Shown one piece after another: positions 48,201 to 61,800 of a DNA stretch of 64,000 bases. Within the stretch, counting starts at the first letter, position 1. Each line of letters opens with the position of its first letter. The notes beneath the pieces were generated by a model. That model was not told the DNA's origin and ran no database searches. It was given only the letters and a program-made list of their open reading frames with translations. Source of the DNA: Fimbriosthenelais zetlandica (Eukaryota); NCBI GenBank assembly GCA_977030845.1, contig OZ365109.1, forward strand, positions 16,430,001-16,494,000, in the 5' to 3' direction. The translations under genes and the position numbers were made by a program.

Positions 48201-51200
48201 TTGATTGATTGATTTTGATTGGTGTCCTACAGATGTCAGTGGTTTCTGGCTTATTTTGTCCGAAGGGTATGTACAATACAGTACATGGAAATTCAATCGA
48301 AATTAGCTGAACATTTACTTCCTTGCAGGAGCTTTACGTCTGCACCTTTCTTGCATAATTGTATAAGGGATTATTTTTTGAATTTCTAGATTACATGCAA
48401 TTAAATTGACAACATCATTATCCAGGGTATCATTGTCAAATGTCTTCTGTAGCTGTATTACCAGCATATAATCATGAATATAATATCTTCCTAAAAATCT
48501 ATCGTATAATTGACTACACCATCCCTCATTGCACTGAGGCTACAAATGACTCAATTGATCTCGACTAATAAAGGAATCGGCTTCAATAAAGCTTCTCATG
48601 CGATCTTCTTCTGTGCTTATTACGCCTACAACTTTTTTGAGGTTGATTAAACTTAGAGCCAATCAGAGTGATGGTATTAGGAAATATGTACATAAATTCA
48701 GTAACTTGGAGTTGAACAAAACTTCCATTGGGTGTGTCAGGTGAAATTTTATATGTTCAGCACCCGTGGCCTGCAGAGTTTGGTTTCTCTGCGCTAACAT
48801 CAAGGTTAATGACAGATCAGGCAAATCGTGACATTCTTTGTGGACGTGTCTGTGATCCTTGATGATTGGGCTGGAAGTGAAATAAGTTTTTTCTCAGTTT
48901 GTTTCGACAAAGAATCCAGCTTAAGGAAATGAAAAATAATTGTAGCACCTCCATGAAAAATTCATCCCTATCTCATGGGATATTCAAATTGGTTCTCTTT
49001 CATTAAAAATGTTATCAAATTTGGGAGAAAACGACTGGTCTCGTACTCATACAGTCTGCTTAGTGTGCACGGACACATAATTTAGTTTGCATTTTTAACG
49101 TATGGTCCGGATTTTTATTGAGTTCCGTCTGCACCCTAACTGAACGATACGGGCTTTTAAGAATGACAGTGCCTTGAAGATAATGGATTTCTATTTATAT
49201 ACAATTACTTCTTGTCCATGGGAGTAGAAGGGGACAGGAAAAAAGGCCTGCATCAAGTTACCACACTTGAAAACCCAATACTCAACCTCCTCCTCGTCTA
49301 TCATCATTACCACATCTTCCAATCATAGTCCCCAATGGTACCCTTCGTGGCGCGAATAGAGTAGGCTGAGTCTTGTGCAAATGCAAAAGCTTCCACGTCC
49401 TTTTTCAAATGATTGATTTCGGCGGATAAAAGAGATTAATGCTTGAGGGTACATGTCCATTTTGACCCTAGTTGTATTTCCCCACTGGGATTTTCCAGAC
49501 TTTAAAGGCATGTACATGCAAAAGTCCTGAAAGCATACAGATATAAAAATGTGTTAGCATGGTTGAGTGGATTGAATGTTTTTGATGGGATCTTTTAGTG
49601 TCACATCGATCGATCACTCACTCAGAATTCTCTTTTAAGTTGCGCCTCTGTAGTAAAATCAAAACCCTGACCCAATAAGTGATAGAAAAACCTCTCGCAC
49701 ATGCTTTTGACTTTCTTGCTTTGATTTTGCTGCCATTTTACAATCTCTGAGATATTCGGGCACTGAAATGTTTTGTAGGGTGCACACTCAATCTGAATTC
49801 AATCTCAGTGCAGAGATTACGCACGTTTTATCTATCCTTTTCACCTGAAATATCTTATGGTGGCATTTATTCAGCTTTTCAAGGGCACAGGTCTATGTGA
49901 AAGCTGCAGGACCCCAAGCCTTTTTTTAATGTTTGTCACCAGTTTTATACATGTATACGAGCAAATCTGCAGTTGGGTATTAGAGCACTTGGCATATAAA
50001 GAGTTCTGCCCTATCTTACTGGCAAGCTTGGAGCTAGAGACTATAGTGAATATGGATCACACTTAAAGCATCTGACACTCAAGACCACCTTTCAGTGCAT
50101 TAGTCCAATTCCTGTTTATGTCAGATAGAGCTCCTCACAAGAGAACGACTCAAAGTAGTGCGAAACAGCTTTTCCAAAGCTGACAACTAAAATGGAACAT
50201 GTATTGTTAGAAATACCAAGAATTGCCTGAAATAGAATGATTTGGCCAGGATAAATTCCCGAGAAAATGGCATGCATGAAGAGGCGGTGATCATGTCAAG
50301 CAGGATAGATGTTTACCACCTGCATGCATTTATTGCTGCCATAATGGCTTGTGTGGGATTGCAGGGATCTACATATATGAGAGTCGCCCATTTATAGTAC
50401 TTCCATGCAATGTAACAAAAATGCTGCCGCGAGAGAATACAAGTAGGCTAGATGTCAGTGGTGACAAATATTGGATATTATTGCTGCAACCTTCTTTGTA
50501 TTAATATCATAATGATTAACAGCCATAACAATTCTTTCTGGTATAATATCAGATTAAGAGTCCCATCATCCAACAATCCTACCAGTAATTCATTAATAAA
50601 GCTTAATTATCACAGCTAATTGATCCATGAAATGATATTGCGGCTATAGTGTTGATTAGTCACCTTTAGACTTCAGGACTTGTGTCCTGTATAGTTGCCA
50701 TAGTTTCCTGAGTGCCCCTAGCTTTTACGCAAATAATTTGAGGCAGGCCTGGAGTGGCTAGATCACCATTAACTGACAATTACCTTGGCCTTAATTACTA
50801 TTTGGGAGCTGGAAGCTGAAGTACGTCTGGAGAGAGAACATATGAAATACCGGGAAGTAATAAGATGAAATATTGAACAAAACCCTTCATTTGTTTCTCT
50901 CAAGGACACATGTTCACACTTTCAAATTAATATAACAGCTAACACAGATCTATAAATTGGGGAACACTGCGTAGGGGGCCGATAAGCCACTTTTTAAGGA
51001 TATACTGGTATATATCTGCTCATAAAATATTCAAGGGACCCCTAAAAAGCCAGGATGTAAGAGAGCATTTCATTGTCCTGGAAAGGTTGACACTCTTTAG
51101 ACGCCCATTATACTGCTTCTTTAAAGGTACCATTACAGGGGGTAAATGTTCATTATGGTCCAGACGCACAGAAGCGGTTTTATTGGTCACTGTGCGATTT

Positions 51201-52345
51201 TATTCATAAACAAAACAATGAAAAGTGTATAAAAAGTCCATAAAACAATGGTGGCGCGACCGACAACCCACTTAGATGTGTCCCTGCCGCACGGTGGAGA
51301 CACATTATAGGCAATGTTTTATAGGCGTTTTATAAACCACCTTGGTGTGTTCGCAACATAAACTTTTGTTGATCATCCTAAATAAGAGGCAGCCGCTTTG
51401 ATTTCGGCAGGGGACTATTGAAGTCCTCTCAGATATGACGTGTAAACAGTTCCTTTAGGAATATCCTATTCATTGATGCCAAGAGGGGAGTGAAAGGTCA
51501 ATGACACATTAGCTCTTATACTAACATAAAGGTGGGGAACTTGTTGCAGAAACATAGTAAAAGGGTGCTTGTGTGCAAAATTAGTGTAGGTGTTGATAGG
51601 AATGTGACTCTCAAATATTGGGTTCTCCACCAAGGATACAAAAGGGAATGGACCCGGACATCTGCTTTGGGACCGTGAAATAAATCTACAACAGAGTGTG
51701 TTTAGTGTGAAGACCACATTTCCTCTAAACAAGTCTTTAATAAAATATATGCTTTTAATAATTCATTACTGTAAACACTTTGAAAATGAGCCCGATTTGA
51801 ATGGGGAACTTGTAGACAGATTTCTTAAAGACGATGAGAAAATGATAAGAAATGGCTGTCTACGCTTTTATCTCCTGCTCAATGATCTTTTTCTGAGTCT
51901 TTGAAGCATCTGAGAGAACATCGCAAATGTCACATCTTTCGAAAGCCTCCTGATAACAGGATATTCTTTGAAGAACTTAGCTATGCGTGGGATGAATTAT
52001 GTACTGTACCGTATTTAGAACTTTATGCAGGGATTGAGCACTTCGTATCATTTCCTTATATTCGCCAAAGCAGCGGTGAAAGCATTGACAGGTATACTGT
52101 TTTCACTTATCATATATGTACTTGTAATACATATATAACTGTACATTTATTGAGTTATTACAGTTTTGAAAATAATCTGAATAAAGGGATGTAACTGTTC
52201 ACTTTCAATAAAAAAAATATGATATAATGCATTATATTCTGCTGCACCATATACTTTTAGCTACTTAGATATATTATATATATTGACATCTTGCGAAGTA
52301 TGCAAATGTAATATTCTAAAGTGCAGTTGCATTCAAATGATAAAG

Positions 52346-52603
52346 GGGCACTATCACGGAGGCGCAATGAGCCTGCTTCATTTTGAGTGACTCTCTGCAG
52401 ATTCAAATATGTCCTTATAAGTACATGTATGTCCTTAATTCTTAGGACGGTTGTACTTTCTTTTCAGTACGAGCTGCAGACACAAAATGATTATAAAATT
52501 CATCCGTACTTAGATCTATATACGTTCATCCTAAGACTTAAAAGGAAGGACATACTTAAGGACGGTTCGTCTTAGTGTTCATTGCGCCTCCGTGATAGTG
52601 CCC
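52346..52603. mobile_element. ~258-bp MITE, PIF/Harbinger-like
   Basis: Perfect ~25-bp TIR GGGCACTATCACGGAGGCGCAATGA / TCATTGCGCCTCCGTGATAGTGCCC with extra internal inverted segments. 3-bp flanks AAG / CTG. Confidence 0.75.
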
Positions 52604-55601
52604 CTGTAAATTGTGAAACTAGCAAACGGCATTCTTCAGCCTATATGTTTATTGTATACATAGGCTAGTATAATATACACACTTGCCTTTCTTCACCTAC
52701 GTCCTCAATAATATTGGTTGTGAATCTTGTCTCATTACTCCCTGATTAACACTCTCCTAGAGCAAAAAACTCCTTCAAGTAATTCCATTGGTAATACAAA
52801 TGAATATTAAAGACCTACATTGTGTACTTGGTCAAATTTCATTCCAATCCCATTAAAGATGAATTAATGCATTTCACTGGTAGTTCAATGGACGGGTGCT
52901 AGTTGTCTCATTGGTGAAGCTGTTTTTATCCTTTTCAATCCTGAAGGAATGATTGTTTCTATTCTGGTGCATACAGATTGCAAGGCTATTTTTGCTGTAA
53001 ATATATTTGCTCATTCTCAAAGGTCTGTCATAAATCTAGGGCGGTGAACGAACTATACCTTCTATGCTATAATTATCCTCATGCAGTATAATATTCATGA
53101 CGGAGTATATATACATGCAAGTACTTGGAAGTATTCTTTTTTTTAATCCAATCATGGCCTGCAAAACATTCCATATAATATCCATTGATTCTAACTGCCT
53201 TTTACATGTAATTAGAATATAAATATCTTCATAGTTCAATTTCATATTTACTCAGCAATCCTAAATCGAAGCGGGATGAATCATTGCCGGAGAAAGTTGG
53301 GAATATGGGATTGTTTTTATGCTACCCGTTCGACCAGTACAAGGCGACCACTCTGTTTGGTGTTGACCCAAATTACACCCAAAGATCCTCTGCCAAGAGG
53401 AGGTCTTCAACATTATGCCTTATAAGCACACATTTCATGTCTTTATAACTGACTGACTACCAGCCATTGGCCAAATTAAGTGGCCACATGCAGTGACCGG
53501 TGATTCTGCCCATAAGCAAGTGACCTTTGGTGTTATTTAATCCTTGCCTCATGATCTCATGGACCTAAGGTGCTATATGGGAGCCATTATTTGCCTGCAT
53601 CAGAGGAAGCCAACCTGTATGGAAGATGATCAAGGTAACTTGTAAAGGTCACTAACCTATATATACATATATTATGAGGAAATGCTATGATAGAAAAGAT
53701 TCTCTGTCACCAATTATAGTTTGTCGCATTGTCCTTTCATAATATTTTTGTACTTGATTATTGACATTGAGCAAAGGGAATGTAAATGTAGTTTATCGTA
53801 ATGATACTCTTAAAGCCGGTAAGCTTGGCTTCCCTAGTTCTTGGTTGGGGCAACGTATAGATGTAAGTTTCGTTACATTATGTAATTGATAAAGATCAAC
53901 TAAAGTGCATGTCAATGAGAAAGCTTATTCCCTTCTGGCTGGTCCACTTTGCTGAACATTATCTGGATTACTGAAGAGGAAGAGGTAGTACAGATTTGAC
54001 AACGCTTGGCAGTCCTTTTATGCCTCGAGCCAAGCATGCAAGGCCTCAAGGAGGGACACATCCAAGAAATATCTGGGTGATCAGGTGTATGTACATAGGA
54101 GGAGAAAACAAATAAATTGCCTTCTCCTCCGTGGACTGGCATGCTGTCAGCTATTGAAAACCTCCCATTGTCTACAACTGCAAAGCCATCTGTAGTGAGA
54201 TTATGATGCCATTCTCCCTCTGTCTCTCCTTGATAAGAGGATTATACACAGGGATGATATCAAGCAATGCCTCTGGGGAGAGGACAATGCCAGCCACCTT
54301 CGTGCCCTCACTCATTTGTTACAATGTCTTCGCGGGAAATGAATGCATTACACGGTTTTCATTTATGCTTGCCTCCCAGTTCCATACAGAAAAAGTGTCA
54401 CTCACAGTTAGTGGATGAGTAAAAACCAAATGCCAAATCTTCAATTAGTGCATTTTGGAGACTGGTGTCGATCATTGCACGATGAATAACTGATGCTCAA
54501 TGCATCATTTTAACAGGTGTTAATTGTACGTTTACTATAATTATATCATTTGATGTGTATAGGGAATCCTTGATTAGGTTTGAGGTGATAGCATTGTCCT
54601 TTTTTCAATCGGAACCGGAAGTTAAAGGTTAGTCAGTGTCAACAGGTGGAGTTGGTTCTCGGGGCTTTTATTGGACTTGGGTACACCTTGCTGACCTGAT
54701 GACATTTCAGTAGATTTGCAAGCTTCCAATTGTACATGTTTCCGAATACTTGTTCTGTAGACAAACTGGGTTAACACGAGGAGCAGGGTCATTATACTGT
54801 ATGTACATGCAAATGAAGGATACCTTAATTTCTCTATCTTAATGATAAAAAGTAGGTCTAAATGATGGCAATACCTTACGTTTTCATTGCGTCATATTTA
54901 GCATCCGATCCTCTCAATAATTCTGAACAGCCCACTCGTCAATTATTTCTGTTCAATATGTTATGACAGGCCTTAATCAAATTGATGGACTGGGTAAGAA
55001 TAATCGTTGCACTCTGAACTGTAATTTGGTTCGGTTTGCACTGAATGACCAAGGCTATCTACCACAGCAGTACAGGCATGTTCGTAATGTTTGATTGCCT
55101 TTAGTCTTCATTGAGGAAGTCATTTAATGATATTTTACGGGGGTCTGGCACATGCCTGTGGGTAGAGGAAGACTCACTGGAGCATTAATAGATGTTAAAC
55201 CTGTAAGGGAACTTGATGACTGGCGCATAATTGAATGTAATAGAGAAATAATGGAAGACTTTATAGGCTTGGTGGACATGCACCCATGAGTTGTGAGGTC
55301 GTCTCAGAGGCTCATTTTCATTCTTAATTATTTTAACGTCACTAATTATTTTGTTTATTGTTATTTATTGCTGAATTATTTATTGCAAATTGAAGCGAAA
55401 CATTATCCTCAAGTATGTGTTTGATGTTAATAACTGATGTAATTGATATTATAGCCTAACATTGCACTAAGTGGCTAGGGTGGAAATATAATGTCATGAT
55501 CATTAAACTATATCTTATACAATGCCTCACACCGTAGACAGTGGGAGAGATACTATTTTGAAATAGCACATGAACTAACATTCCATTTATTTTTCTTACA
55601 G

Positions 55602-55724
55602 GCCGATATTGTAATGGGACCTGGGACCAGTTATTATGCTGGCCGCCAACACCAGCGAATGTCACTCGTTCTCTGCCATGCCCAACTGGTCACCTGGCTC
55701 TCAGGACGTTCACCAATGAAACAG
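55602..55724 (+). CDS. Pdfr: Class B GPCR exon 2 (hormone-receptor domain core)
   Basis: TTTTCTTACAG| acceptor and |GTAAAT donor, 123 bp, phase 1-1. Encodes (G)RYCNGTWDQLLCWPPTPANVTRSLPCPTGHLALRTFTNET, the class B CxxxWDxxxCWP motif. Confidence 0.92.
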
Positions 55725-56219
55725 GTAAATGAATCATTTATATGTCAACATCCTGCAAGACAATGGAAATGGTAAAACGTAACATAACATGATTACATCA
55801 ATAAGCGCGAGGCAATGAACTTTGGATTCTTTGAAAAATTATGTCTCAGTCTTAAATACTTCTCCAAATAAAAGGTGTTGGTGCTCATCCACGATACAGT
55901 ATACCCACATGTATGGGATGACAGTTGCTGTTGTTGGACGAAGAAAGGATCGTAAGAACTAGCACTGACTTTACTCTTCGCTAAAATTCGTAATGTTCAA
56001 AGCCATGGTGGTCTTTCTACTCGAATGCAACTCAATGGCAATTTATCGGGTTGCCAAAGAGCAACAGAAGCTTATGCACTGCAGGAGAAGGCCTACCCAG
56101 CGGGCACAAGACGTCCTCACAACGTCAAAATCTCTGTGGGACGCCAGTACTGTATGTACAAATGTTCACTGGGTCAAATTATGTGCCCTTTCTGTTTACA
56201 ATGTGAGAAGCTTCTAAAG

Positions 56220-56358
56220 TCGTTTATTAATTTTAGGCAGCTGTTAGACAAGCTGACATCAGTTTGAGGTCTACAAATTTATGGTAGGAATCGAGCCCAT
56301 CTTGGCATGACCCTCGTATTGGGAGTTCAACGCCTTAACCATTGCGCCACTGACTGCC
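56220..56358 (-). mobile_element. tRNA-derived SINE head (or tRNA pseudogene)
   Basis: Minus strand: A box TGGCGCAATGG (56349-56339) and B box GGCTCGATTCC (56297-56287) at tRNA-like spacing, with an imperfect anticodon arm. The 3' extent is uncertain. Confidence 0.55.
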
Positions 56359-58732
56359 TGGTTATCATGCTGGTGTACAAAAAAATTGTGGTACACGACA
56401 TCTGCTATGATTGAGCAGGTGTATAACAAATTGCCCTGACTATAGGGTGTGGGACATAATCCCAAAAGTTGACCATATTAGACCCAATTTTGTTTCCATG
56501 GTAGCCGATTTTTAGGCTTCAAATACTTCGGATTTAAATGCTTTATTTAAATATTAACCTTTTTAACCCTGGCCCCATAGGCCGGGGGTTTTCTGCCCTA
56601 GCACCTAAATTTGCTGGTGCAGAATTAGTGAAAAGGCATCGGTCAGATTTGGGGTCAAATTTAATTCATGTTAACACACAGCTAGACGTGGTAAGTTGTC
56701 CTTCGCATGATTGGACCTGGGGCCTGACTGAAACCAGTGAGAAAGAATAATTATCATACCTCTGGACATTTTACATCTCTTCAGTGCGCGGCTTTAGTGG
56801 TTTCCGTTGACTATTGCTTCAAAAAATGGTGGATTATTGTGTCCATAATTCACTGTCATGAATTAAGTAGGCCAATAACAGCGTGTACTGAAATAATTAG
56901 ACCATTAAATGAATTTTCTGAATTAAAATGAACATAAACTTTAACAAATGAGCATGCAAACATGTTTTTCTTCTTACGTCCATACCAAAAGGTGCTGGCT
57001 ATCATAGTATTCTACTGAATTTAAATTACATCAATCCTATGTTGAGGTAAAAGTAATCTCATTGACCCATTTAGGCTTGATGCAAGGGGCAATAGATTCA
57101 TTTCCTTGGAGGATTGTTTTCCAATCTGGGAGATGGACTTTTCAGGTGCTGATCGTGTCTTGCTTCATCAGTCATTAAAAAAAGAGAAAGGTAGCCATTC
57201 CTCCCTGCCACCTTGTAACACCACTTTGATGTTCCACAGCATCACCTCCCACTGCTCTATATTGAGAAGCATTAAAGATTAAAATTATCATATATCATGT
57301 GACGTGTTTTCACTAAATGAGTCTAAAGTCGCACCTAGGCCCATCCAGCGTTACAGGTCTGAAAGCTTTGTTCGTCTTGTCCTTTCAATTAAGATTGTTT
57401 CCAGTTGGATAGAAAATTGTATGAAATTGTATTATTTCTATTTTCATCTGTCACTTCTTTGAATACATACATACAGTAATCGGCAACTAACTCAAAATTG
57501 TTGCGTCTTATTTCCAGGCTGAAATGATATTCTTCACTGCGTTATTGATGTCTAGGCAGTCTGTCTCATAGAATGTAAAAATGTTCCTTACATACTATTA
57601 TCAGCCCATAGAGATATTCTTCATTGTGCAATTTATAATTGTACGGCACAGGCAGTCGAGAACTACCATTTATTTGCCGATGCTATTATTTTGGTTTTTA
57701 AATCGGAGAAATCCAGTAACCTGCACACACTATGTCCTGTATTCATACTCAATTACAGCAGATAGAGGGATGTAGTGTTGTTTAAAAAGTGGATAGATAA
57801 ACGTGACTGAAATACAAATCTGTAACAAATGGCACAAATCAGTGGCATATTTGACAACAGAAATAAGCACGGCCATGCTTTATTTCCCTTTTTGCACCGT
57901 TGTGACATCTAATCCACAAGATTCAAGAGAACTAAAGGGCTCACAATGTTGCTTCCCGTGAAATATGACCAAGATGATACGTGTAAGCTAGGGGAACGTG
58001 TTTCTTTAAAAATCCAGAACTTTGTAATAGTAGATACTACATTGTACATGTCCATTGCCCTTATATCCTACTTTAAAAATTCCTTTATGTATCCGGTTTT
58101 TGTAGTAGTGTTATGCAGCTTTCTCAAGCTAAGAACTATATAGGAAGATTTATTTCTCAAAAGGACCCACAAACGTGCACAAATGTCAGAATCTTCTTAT
58201 AGTGGGTGAGCTGAAGTCGTTAAGAATTCAGTGCCAAACCATAATAATAATGGCGTAGTGATATAGGCACCAATGAGGGACCCAGCCACAAAAGGGTCAT
58301 TCCATGCCAAAATCATCTCATGTGGCCAACACAGATCTGGCTGAAAAAATCTCACAAATGCCTTCACAAATGACCATATCCTAAGACAGAATGCCCCAAG
58401 GGGGATTTACCAGGAGAGGTATACCAGGGCACATGTTTTTGTTGCCCTGGTATAGCTGAAGAGGTACAACCCCAGAAGGATATCCTGACTTTATATTATG
58501 TTGTCATATTTTAAAGCAGCGCAATAAAAGAGGATTGGGCTCACTGTCACAAGTAGGCACTGTCCTCATATAACTGAAAAATGGTTGAAAGGTGACGTTA
58601 GACAAACATAAATACAAAAAATACATGGTGAGTGCACATCCCTCTGTTAATAGGTAACCATCTTAAATAGGAGAAAATAGAAAAAAAAACAGATTAAAAT
58701 GTCTCTAATACATTGAATCAATTTAATTGCAG

Positions 58733-58887
58733 AAGCCAATGCTTACAGGTCATGTAATAGCCATGGCAATTGGATAGGTGGGAGGACTGACTACTCTGTT
58801 TGCCTCAGGCTCATAGCAGGAGTTCCAGGGATGAGACCTCCCACCGGAACCGGAACTGATACAAACAAGGCCCCTTCCTCTGAGGAG
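58733..58887 (+). CDS. Pdfr: Class B GPCR exon 3 (end of hormone-receptor domain + stalk)
   Basis: TTTAATTGCAG| acceptor and |GTGAGT donor, 155 bp, phase 1-0. Encodes (E)ANAYRSCNSHGNWIGGRTDYSVCLRLIAGVPGMRPPTGTGTDTNKAPSSEE, completing the six-Cys pattern. Confidence 0.88.
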
Positions 58888-61800
58888 GTGAGTATACTGT
58901 CTATCAACCTATTTTTTCATTCAAACATAAGTAAAACTGACTCTAGCATTTATTGATTAGGACAACTTATGATAAATTTATGATTGACTTTTCTGGAACA
59001 AATCTGAAACTTACATGATGACACTGAGTGGCATATTTACAGACCAAAATTTTGAGGTGGTATCAGATGAAGTCCACTGTTGCTTGTTTTCAATTTCCGA
59101 GGAAGTCCCAAAGTTGGTCAAATTTAGCTTCGGGCTGGAAGTTTACTTGGCCATACATCAGTCCTTGACTCCGAGCAGCACAGTATATTAATGCGCAGTA
59201 AGATTATCTAAAATATTTAAAGGTGACCGTGATTTTATTTTTTGTCCTTTGTTAATCGGTTGTACCGTAGGGACAGATACCTACTCGGGGATTCGGTGTT
59301 CTTCAAATTGTTATATTTTACCAATGTAAAATTTGTGATATGGTTTCTTTGAAAAAAGATGAATGACTCATTTCCACTTGATTCGAGAAGATTGTTACAT
59401 GTTTATGTAATGAAAAATACTTGACAAACTTAATGCTATCAGACGTGAAGTTTTCTCAAGTCAAGAATAAAAACCTTTTCTTGGAAAACTTGAGCATGAG
59501 TTGTTCTAGATATATACTGTCTTTCTTTCACCTTCTTGTCAGCATGAAGGAAATTAGCCTCGCCCTTTACTTCTCTGGGCCAGAGCTCTTGCTTTCACAT
59601 CACAAAGACCACGAACTGACCCCTTTTCAAGGCCTATCCTACTTTGATTGGTTTTCAATGCCTCAAAGACTTTGCATTCACACCTAGATCTAATGGGAAT
59701 CAGTGCTCTTCCAATCTAAATGCATTGGTCGAGGAGATTGCATCCTGACACTTGTCACCAAGCCAGCCAAGTTTTAAATAACCTCCCTGTATTTTGTTGT
59801 ATGTTTGTGATACATTCGCAATAAGGACCAGTCTGGCTTAAATTCATTTCCTGATAGCTTCTATTTAATTTTCTTTTTTTTTCCAATTAAGACGTCATCT
59901 GATGATATAATAATATTATACATGTCTTTATAGAAGATTATTAATAAAGAAAAATCATTCAATTTATATCCTATTGACTATCACAAGAACATGACTGGGG
60001 TCTGTATTACATAACGTAATGGGGGTCGACACCTATAGAGCCCTGGGTCTTATCCCCTTCATATTAGGTCTCCAGTCACTTGCAGATTACCTCCCAACTC
60101 CTGCACATTGGATCCTGTCTCATGCAGATTGACTCTTGTTGGAGAGATTCCAGCACCCTGGCTGGAGTATATTATGTGTGGTATAGAGTCCTATTATTAG
60201 CAGAAGAAGTTGGAACACTGTCTTGAGATGGACCGAACATACAATACACAGATGATGTAATATACCTTGCCTCTGAGATGATTTTTTAACATTTCTGACT
60301 AATGTCATAAACTTTTCCAGAAGACCCTTGCCCGTGTGCTTGCCCATATATATTTCTATGGAGGAATTATATCATTCATCTTGCTGTCCCTTACTCTCTT
60401 CATCTTCTCTTATTTCAAGTAAGTCCATTTTCATATATATGTCTGTTTTATTCCTATACTATGTCAAATGTATTTTATAATACTTCATAGAAAGTGGAAG
60501 AAAGGGAAAACACATCTAAACCTTAATGGAATCTATAGATCAAACTAATTCAACAATCGTTATCTGAATTATAGAATAAAGAAACAGAAATCTAAATTAG
60601 AATAAAGGTTGGACAGACGAAAAAGGAGAATGTCCTTAAGGCTGCTGATTTTCAATTCCTGTTTTCAATATGAAGTTTTGAAATCTTCTTCTTGTCAATT
60701 AACACGTGTTTACATCATGTTGGAATAATTTCCCTGGTCCACCCAGCTCCCCCTTTTTCTCTCTGAAAAAAGCTCTATTTCGCCAGGGAATTGGTCAGAC
60801 TCCAGTTTTTCTACTAATCTGTAGACTTAACAAAATGCGATGTGTCTAACTGCAGTCTCCCATTTTTCCGGGTTTAAAGAGGAATCTTATCCTTTGGTAG
60901 GAGAGATTTAAGCAGCAAATGTTACTATAATTATTTTTATGTATGATTTGAAAAGTCATATTACTGAAAAGTATATTATATCCTCGCAATAGGGATTCTA
61001 AAGGATTAAAGGTATCCTCAATGTTTATGATTAAAGGTATCTTTAATGTTACTTAATATTAAATATTGTCAATAGATTAATATGCTGATGATTACAATGG
61101 GTTCTATGGAGACATATTTTGACCAATTCCCTTTGCCTTCTTTAGCTGTATGCGCATTGGCTAAGACAGTCTTTACGTCTGTTTTTATTCCATAGATAAA
61201 TGTCAAAATGTTCGTTCACCTTTGACTATATACTTAGACTCGTGGACCTCAATCCCATAGTTTTATTCAGAAAGTTAAGGCATCACAAAGGTCAATACAT
61301 GTAATATATGATTATTATCTTTTATGGCTCCACAACACAATTCTATTTTTTCTATCCAGTAATACATGATTCTAGGACAAGTGAGAAAATATTAACTGCC
61401 TTTCTTTAAAATAACAATATTCACAAAATAACTTTATAAAAGTTTCATAAAATCTTAAAACGCATAAATTACTTTTTTCTCAGCCAAAACATTTTTTTAA
61501 AAACTGTACCGCTCACATATTATTTCATACAATATACAATCCTCTGCCAACAGTACTTATAAATTCATTTTTTCACCATTGTTCCTATTCATCATCATCT
61601 CTCCTAGGTGCAACCTTGGTGCTGTCCGTGAACTTTGGTTAAGGGAAGTCCAATTCTTTAAACAGAGTGATAAAACTGTGTGCACCACATCTATATTTAT
61701 TAGTTGTTCTTTAACATTGGTTTTCTTCCTCCATACAACATGATGTTGTATTAGAATAATTCCTCCTATTTTGTTTTGGATTCAACTGCTGCAAACGTAG

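Larger units (their letters stand above)
40240..49526 (-). pseudogene. Decayed multi-exon gene of unknown family, antisense within GPCR intron 1
   Basis: Long protein-like frames with scattered stops, bounded by GT/AG sites: e.g. 49262-49526, 48319-48870, from 48004, from 47476, 44751-44988, to 41147, 40695-41030. The 41031-41146 intron joins in phase. Confidence 0.55.
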
